From assembly GCA_002369235.1 (NCBI GenBank), contig DFFF01000021.1:6797-70796 (forward strand): DNA of 64,000 nt, given 5' to 3'. The DNA comes from Verrucomicrobia bacterium UBA3783 (GTDB taxonomy: Bacteria > Verrucomicrobiota > Kiritimatiellia > RFP12 > UBA1067). Every line of letters begins with the position of its first letter. Position 1 is the stretch's first letter. This document shows positions 58,735 through 64,000 of the stretch, piece after piece. Both the position numbers and the translations under genes were made by a program. The notes below the pieces were generated by a model, which was not told the origin of the DNA, searched no databases, and saw only the letters and a program-made list of their open reading frames with translations.

Positions 58735-60086
58735 AAAAGACGATTACCGACAACAAAGTAGATCCGGATATCCTTGCGTTCACGGTTGGACAGGATCCGG
58801 TTCTCGACATGCGGCTCGTGGAATGGGATTGCATGGGTACGGCGGCGCATGTCACGATGCTCTCGGAAATGAAACTCAAGAAGCCGGTCGTGACCAAGTC
58901 CGAGGCGGCGAAAGTGCGCAAGGAACTCGCGAAGATAGTGAGACTCTCCAGAGAGGGCAAGTTTGAAATCCGCGTGGACGATCAGGATGTGCACATGGCC
59001 GTGGAGCGTATGCTCACGGACGCGCTTGGGGATCTAGGCAAAAAGATCCACACCGGGAGAAGCCGCAACGATCAGGTGGCGGTAGACGTGCGCTTGCACA
59101 TGAAGGACGAGATTTTGCGCGCGGAGGGCGAGCTGGTCGCGTTGGCGGCGGAGTTGCGCAAGTTCGGCCTCGCCGTCGGCGCGGTTCCGCTCGTTGGGCG
59201 CACGCATCTCCAGCCGGCGATGCCGTCGTCAGTAGAGATGTGGGCTACGGGCCATGCGGAAATGATCATGGATCAACTCCACAATCTTGAGGCGGCGTAT
59301 AGTCTCGCCGACCTAAATCCGCTCGGGAGCGCGGCCGGTTATGGCGTGCCGCTGCCGCTCGACCGCAGCCGCACCACGGAACTTCTGGGCTTTGCGCGCA
59401 CGATCCACAACTGTTTCGGGGCGTCTATGGCCAGAGGCGAATGCGAAGCGTCGCTTGTCTGTGCGCTCGCGCAAGTGATGGCCGTGCTTTCGCGGCTCGC
59501 GGAGGATATGATCCTTTTCTCCATGCCGGAGTTCGGCTATTTCAAATTGCCGCGTGAATATTGCACCGGCTCTTCGATCATGCCGCAGAAGTTCAATCCC
59601 GATGTGCTTGAACTCGTACGCTCCAAGGCGGCGCAAAGCGCTGGGCTGGCTACGGCGGCGCTTTCGATGATGCACGCCATGCCCGGCGGCTACAACCGCG
59701 ATTTGCAGGACTGCAAACTCCTTTATATCGAGGCGATGGATATTGCGCGCACCACTCTGCGCATCCTCGCCAAGGTCGTCGCGGGCATGACTTGCGACGC
59801 CGACGCCTGCCGCCGCGCTTTTTCGCCCGGAGTGTTTGCGACGGATGTCGCGCTCAGGATGGTTGCGCAAGGAACGCCTTGGCGCGATGCCTACCATGAA
59901 GTGCGCGACCACCTTGAACGGCTGGTCGATGAAGATCCGGATCGCGCCGTCGCCGCCAAGAGCCATGAAGGCACGACGATGGGAATCGACCACGAAGTAT
60001 ACCGCAAACGCGAGGAGGCGGCGTTGGAATCGATCGCCAAACGCATGAACGCGCTGGCCGCAGCCAAGAAGGCGCTTCTGAAGTGA
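58731..60086 (+). CDS. argH: argininosuccinate lyase
   Basis: GRSRNDQV and the fumarate-lyase signature GSSIMPQKFNPD are present. Confidence 0.9.
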   Translation: MKKTITDNKVDPDILAFTVGQDPVLDMRLVEWDCMGTAAHVTMLSEMKLKKPVVTKSEAAKVRKELAKIVRLSREGKFEIRVDDQDVHMAVERMLTDALGDLGKKIHTGRSRNDQVAVDVRLHMKDEILRAEGELVALAAELRKFGLAVGAVPLVGRTHLQPAMPSSVEMWATGHAEMIMDQLHNLEAAYSLADLNPLGSAAGYGVPLPLDRSRTTELLGFARTIHNCFGASMARGECEASLVCALAQVMAVLSRLAEDMILFSMPEFGYFKLPREYCTGSSIMPQKFNPDVLELVRSKAAQSAGLATAALSMMHAMPGGYNRDLQDCKLLYIEAMDIARTTLRILAKVVAGMTCDADACRRAFSPGVFATDVALRMVAQGTPWRDAYHEVRDHLERLVDEDPDRAVAAKSHEGTTMGIDHEVYRKREEAALESIAKRMNALAAAKKALLK

Positions 60087-60790
60087 AAAATGTCTTCGAA
60101 GTAGAAAATCTGCGCGTAAAATACGGCGACTTCGAGGCCGTGAAGGGCGTGTCGTTCACGCTTGGAAAGGGCGAGATTCTGGGAATCGTCGGAGAATCGG
60201 GTTCGGGCAAGTCCACAATCGCCAAAACGCTGATCGGACTGGAAAAGCCCTCCGGCGGCAAAATCGTCAATTCCTGCGGCAGCGTCCAGATGATTTTTCA
60301 GGATGCCGTAGGGTCGCTCAATCCCCGGATGAAAATACGCACTGCCATCGCAGAGGCGCTCGGTAGAATGCGTCCTCCGCGACCGCCGCATGTCGCGATC
60401 TCCCCCTCGTCCCTGCTCCGGCAAGTCGGGCTCAGCGATGCGGTGCTGGATCAATATCCGCGCGAACTCTCCGGCGGACAATGTCAGCGCGTTTCCATCG
60501 CCCGCGCCCTCGCGGTTTCGCCGCAGGTTCTGATCGCCGATGAGCCGGTGTCGGCGCTGGATGTTTCAGTGCAGGCGCGCATCCTCAACCTCTTGCGCGA
60601 TTTGCGCATGGAATTGGGGCTTTCAATCTTGCTGATTGCACACGACCTCGCCGTCGTCAAGAATGTCTGTGACCGCGTGTGCGTCATGTGCAAGGGCGAA
60701 TTTGTCGATTGCGGCGAAACCGAAGAAGTTTTCTCCAACCCCAAAAGTGACTATACACGCCGACTCTTGGCGGCGATTCCAAGAATTTGA
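60083..60790 (+). CDS. ABC transporter ATP-binding protein (Dpp/Opp F-type), orphan
   Basis: It has Walker A GESGSGKST, the signature LSGGQCQR and Walker B LIADEP. No permease is adjacent. Confidence 0.8.
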   Translation: MKNVFEVENLRVKYGDFEAVKGVSFTLGKGEILGIVGESGSGKSTIAKTLIGLEKPSGGKIVNSCGSVQMIFQDAVGSLNPRMKIRTAIAEALGRMRPPRPPHVAISPSSLLRQVGLSDAVLDQYPRELSGGQCQRVSIARALAVSPQVLIADEPVSALDVSVQARILNLLRDLRMELGLSILLIAHDLAVVKNVCDRVCVMCKGEFVDCGETEEVFSNPKSDYTRRLLAAIPRI

Positions 60791-60803
60791 AAGGAACAAG
60801 TCA

Positions 60804-61622
60804 ATGTCTGAATGCACCCACGATTGCTCAACATGTCAGAACGCATGCTCTTCCAAGGCCGATGCCGACTTCGCCGCGCCATTGAACCGCGAGTCCAAGA
60901 TCAAGCGCGTGATTGCCGTCGCCTCCGGAAAGGGCGGCGTCGGGAAAAGTTTCGTCACTGAAATGCTCGCCGTCACCGCCATGCGCAAGGGACTTAAAGT
61001 AGGCATTCTCGATGCCGATATAACCGGACCGTCGATCCCCAAGGCCTTCGGAATCGCGGGCGGCACTTTCCAGACGGAAGCAGGCATCGAGCCTGCAATG
61101 TCCAATGGTGGCATCAAGATCATTAGTCTCAACATGCTTATCGAACACCCCGATGAACCCGTCGTCTGGCGCGGGAGTTTGATCGCGGGTTGTGTCAAGC
61201 AGTTTTGGACGGATGTCCATTGGGGCGAACTCGATCTTCTTGTCATCGACATGCCGCCCGGAACGGGCGATGTGCCGCTCACCGTATTCCAGTCGATACC
61301 AGTCGATGGCGTCGTGGTCGTGTCCAGTCCGCAGGAGCTCGTGGAGATGATAGTGGGCAAATCGGTCAGGATGTGCGAGATGATGAACAAGCCGGTTTTG
61401 GGGCTGGTGGAGAACATGAGCTACTTCGAGTGTCCGAAGTGCGGCGAAGTGCATGAACTCTTCGGACATTCCAAGCTCCACGCCTTGGCCGACCACTTCA
61501 AGATCGAGAGAACCGCGCGATTGCCGATCGACCCCAAGTTTGCCGAGCTGGTCGATTCCGGCGCCGTGGAGCATGTGGAACTCCCTGCCGCCGCCGCCGA
61601 CTGCTTCGCCGGTTTGGTGTGA
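60804..61622 (+). CDS. Mrp/ApbC/NBP35-family Fe-S cluster carrier ATPase
   Basis: It has a Cys-rich N-terminus (CTHDCSTCQNAC), a deviant Walker A ASGKGGVGKS, and CPKCG as the CxxC cluster ligands. I chose the ATG at 60804. Confidence 0.85.
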   Translation: MSECTHDCSTCQNACSSKADADFAAPLNRESKIKRVIAVASGKGGVGKSFVTEMLAVTAMRKGLKVGILDADITGPSIPKAFGIAGGTFQTEAGIEPAMSNGGIKIISLNMLIEHPDEPVVWRGSLIAGCVKQFWTDVHWGELDLLVIDMPPGTGDVPLTVFQSIPVDGVVVVSSPQELVEMIVGKSVRMCEMMNKPVLGLVENMSYFECPKCGEVHELFGHSKLHALADHFKIERTARLPIDPKFAELVDSGAVEHVELPAAAADCFAGLV

Positions 61623-61712
61623 TTCGGCAGGAAGTTTCCACTTTTCGTGTCGTTTCGTGGTCGTGCGCATCACCCTGATTAACACTAGGGATATTCCATA
61701 ATCTCGACAGAA

Positions 61713-61741
61713 TTGACTTTCTGCTGGATTTTTGATACAAT
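61713..61741 (+). promoter_or_regulatory. promoter TTGACT-N17-TACAAT (GATTTTTGATACAATAC)
   Basis: The -10 ends 6 nt before the sialidase ATG at 61748. Confidence 0.65.
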
Positions 61742-61747
61742 ACAAGT

Positions 61748-62920
61748 ATGAATACGAAAATATTTGTTGCTGTTGCCCTCGTCGGGGGTTTGGTTGGCAT
61801 GCTTGCGCAATCGCTTAATGCTGCGCCGGCAAAAGGCAAAGTCAAAACGGTCGGCGGCAAGCCGGTCGTTTTGTGGAAGAATGGCGAAGCGGGAGTTAAC
61901 ACATACCGCATTCCGGCGCTGTGCACCGCGCCCGACGGCAAGACGCTCGTGGCGGCGATCGATGCCAGGCACGATCACTTTCAGGATCTCAACCGCGAGC
62001 CGTGGCAGAAAATCAATATCATGATCCGCACAAGCAAGGACGGCGGCAAAACCTGGACGCCGCAAGTCGCGTCGCATGTCTGGAAATGGGAGCCGGGCGA
62101 AGAGACTTGGGCGGGCAGCGACCCTAGCTTCATCGTCGACCAGACTGCCAAGAAGATATTCCTTTTCTATAATGTGGCCGAATATGTCAAAGAGCCCAAA
62201 GTATACAAGCAGTTCATGCAGTGCTCGGAGGACAACGGCAAGACATGGAGCGAACCCAAGGAAATCACGAAGGATATCCTGCCTAAAGGTTGGGGGCTCA
62301 GAGGATTCAACTTCATTACTTCAGGCTCGGGCGTTCAACTTAAGGACGGCACGCTTTTGCACACGATCGTGTGGGTCGGCAAGTGCGTTGCGCTGTTCGG
62401 GTCGGAAGATCACGGCGAGACATGGAAGGCGATTGGTAATCCCACGGCGCAACCCGGCGACGAGTGCAAGGTCGTGGAACTCTCCGACGGCCGCTGGATG
62501 ATCAATTCGCGCAAGAGCGCCGGAGCCCGCGACATATTCGTTTCGTCCGACCGCGGCCAGAGTTGGGATTGGCATTCGGATGCGAATCTGCTCGATCCGG
62601 CGTGCAATGCGCAACTCATGTCCTACCCGCTGGGCAAGTTGGCGGGGAAGAAGGTCGGCAAGGAGAAGTATCCCGAAAGCATTCTCCTTTTCTCCAACTG
62701 CAAATCTCGCGGGCGCAACAATCTCACGCTGCGCACGAGTTGGGATGACGGCGAGACATGGAGCGATGGATTCTGCATCGAGCCAGGTGCCACGCAATAC
62801 AGCGACATGTGCCTTGTAAAAGGCGCTGGCAAGACCCCGGATGTCGGCATTATTTTCGAAGGGCCTAACGGCGAAATCCGTTTCTGCACAATCAAATCCC
62901 AGGAGATACTCAAGAAATGA
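61748..62920 (+). CDS. GH33 exo-alpha-sialidase
   Basis: It has a signal peptide, the YRIP motif (NTYRIPAL), and five Asp-box-like motifs (SKDGGKTW, SEDNGKTW, SEDHGETW, SSDRGQSW, SWDDGETW). Confidence 0.85.
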   Translation: MNTKIFVAVALVGGLVGMLAQSLNAAPAKGKVKTVGGKPVVLWKNGEAGVNTYRIPALCTAPDGKTLVAAIDARHDHFQDLNREPWQKINIMIRTSKDGGKTWTPQVASHVWKWEPGEETWAGSDPSFIVDQTAKKIFLFYNVAEYVKEPKVYKQFMQCSEDNGKTWSEPKEITKDILPKGWGLRGFNFITSGSGVQLKDGTLLHTIVWVGKCVALFGSEDHGETWKAIGNPTAQPGDECKVVELSDGRWMINSRKSAGARDIFVSSDRGQSWDWHSDANLLDPACNAQLMSYPLGKLAGKKVGKEKYPESILLFSNCKSRGRNNLTLRTSWDDGETWSDGFCIEPGATQYSDMCLVKGAGKTPDVGIIFEGPNGEIRFCTIKSQEILKK

Positions 62921-64000
62921 TCAGTTCTCTAATTGCGGCGTCGCTCATTTTGGCGACGCCTGTTGCCATTGAGTGGCATCCGCTTGAAAAGACGCCTGTC
63001 CGCGCGGCTCGCGCATTTGGCGGATTTTTGCCCGATGGACGGTTCGTATTCGCAGGCGGCACGGATTTTGCCGTCGTTCCCGGTCAGCCGCCGAAGAAAG
63101 TGTATGGCGACGATATTGCTATGCGCGGCGTGGATGGCGCATGGAGCGTCACCGGCAAGTTGCCGCATCGCGTGGGCGAGGGTGTGAGCGTCACGGTGCC
63201 GGGCGGCGTTTTTGCCGCCGGCGGCACGGACGGCGCGACCAAGTTCGCCGACGCCTATCTCATCACCGCCGATGGCATTGAGAACCTTCCTTCGCTCCCT
63301 GAGCCGGTTGCAATGGGCGCGGCGGCGGCAGACGGCAATACCGTGTATGTAGTAGGCGAGAAGAAGGTGTGGAAGCTCGACCTCGGTTCCGGCGCGCAGG
63401 GCGGAGAATGGGCTGAAGTCGGCGAAGTGCCCGGTCCTCGCCGCAGCCAGCTGGTCGCCGCGATCCAGAATGGCGACCAAAAGGAAAAGCGTCTGGTCGT
63501 CTATGGCGGTTTCGACGCCGAGACGCTTGCGCCGTTGAGCGACGGTCATGCGCTCGTGCTTTCCACGGGCGAGTGGAAAGTGCTCGCACCGCTTCCCGAA
63601 GGACTGACGACAATCGGCGCGGCGGTCCAGCCTAGCGGACATCAGCACATCATCTTGACCGGCGGCTTCGGCAAGGATGGCTGGATTGCGCGCACTACGG
63701 GCGGTTCGCAGGAGGTAGACCCTGCCAAGCTCGGATGGAACCGCGGAGTTTGGGCATACAACTGTGTGACCGACGCCTGGTGCGAATACGGTGCGATCGA
63801 TGCGATGGATGTGCCTCGCTGCGGTGCGGCGTTTGCAATCAAGGGCGGCAAGACCCCGGAAAGCTATCGCGTAGTCTTGGCCGGCGGCGAACTTGCGCCT
63901 GGAGTGCGCACCGATCTCGTGAGTGTCGCGAATTTCCGCAAGACCGGGAAGTTCGGCGCCACCGCTTGGGCGGTCGTCGGCGTTTATGCGCTGCTCATGG
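62917..64000 (+). CDS. Kelch-repeat NanM/YjhT-like (cyclically permuted mutarotase family) protein, 3' end outside the window
   Basis: It is missing from the ORF track because it has no stop inside the window. I translated it by hand from ATG 62917 (ATGA overlap with the sialidase) and the frame stays open to the window end. It shows repeated GG.(T/F)D..-type Kelch blades, and the last residues (ATAWAVVGVYALLM) look like the start of a TM segment. Confidence 0.6.
   Translation, partial: MISSLIAASLILATPVAIEWHPLEKTPVRAARAFGGFLPDGRFVFAGGTDFAVVPGQPPKKVYGDDIAMRGVDGAWSVTGKLPHRVGEGVSVTVPGGVFAAGGTDGATKFADAYLITADGIENLPSLPEPVAMGAAAADGNTVYVVGEKKVWKLDLGSGAQGGEWAEVGEVPGPRRSQLVAAIQNGDQKEKRLVVYGGFDAETLAPLSDGHALVLSTGEWKVLAPLPEGLTTIGAAVQPSGHQHIILTGGFGKDGWIARTTGGSQEVDPAKLGWNRGVWAYNCVTDAWCEYGAIDAMDVPRCGAAFAIKGGKTPESYRVVLAGGELAPGVRTDLVSVANFRKTGKFGATAWAVVGVYALLM

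Overview
This is a GC-rich bacterial chromosomal segment with about 59 protein genes and one tRNA. All but one gene (dus, 36926-37783) lie on the + strand. They are tightly packed: I verified 21 four-nucleotide NTGA stop/start overlaps by reading the junctions.

Most of the content is housekeeping:
- Translation and RNA: proS, hisS, cca, rnc, rsfS, miaB, mnmA, truA, era, an RlmD-like methyltransferase, and tRNA-Ala(CGC).
- Metabolism: tkt, purB, dapB, hisD, hisF, thiE, pyrE, ribBA, gpsA, argH, pflBA, and an in-frame rpiB-glyA fusion.
- Lipid and envelope: fabH-fabF-fabZ runs without a break into an LpxL-like acyltransferase, a processive GT2, two tandem acyl-CoA synthetases, a truncated Ugd-like dehydrogenase, a GT4 and a CgeB-like glycosyltransferase.
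- Other: a TPR-ExbB-ExbD module, a prepilin peptidase and a pseudopilin, and two GH33 sialidases, one followed by a NanM-like Kelch protein.

Pyruvate formate-lyase, the sialidases and the prepilin-type proteins suggest an anaerobic, glycan-foraging organism, possibly from the PVC group. That placement is a low-confidence inference.

Features beyond ordinary gene content:
1. A visibly AT-richer two-gene islet at 16.0-17.7 kb holds a Panacea/DUF4065-like antitoxin and an uncharacterised partner that looks MazF/ToxN-like. This is the best candidate for a novel toxin-antitoxin or defence module.
2. A dispersed family of exact 22-bp-period tandem repeats (core ACTTCGTAGTCCAGC) occurs at three intergenic loci.
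3. A stereotyped promoter, TTGnnT-N17/18-TG(G)TATAAT-AC, recurs 12 times and divides the window into about 13 transcription units. Three of them appear leaderless.
4. A tRNA is the first gene of the thiE-hisF unit.

The long minus-strand ORFs in the track are antisense shadows typical of high-GC DNA, not genes.
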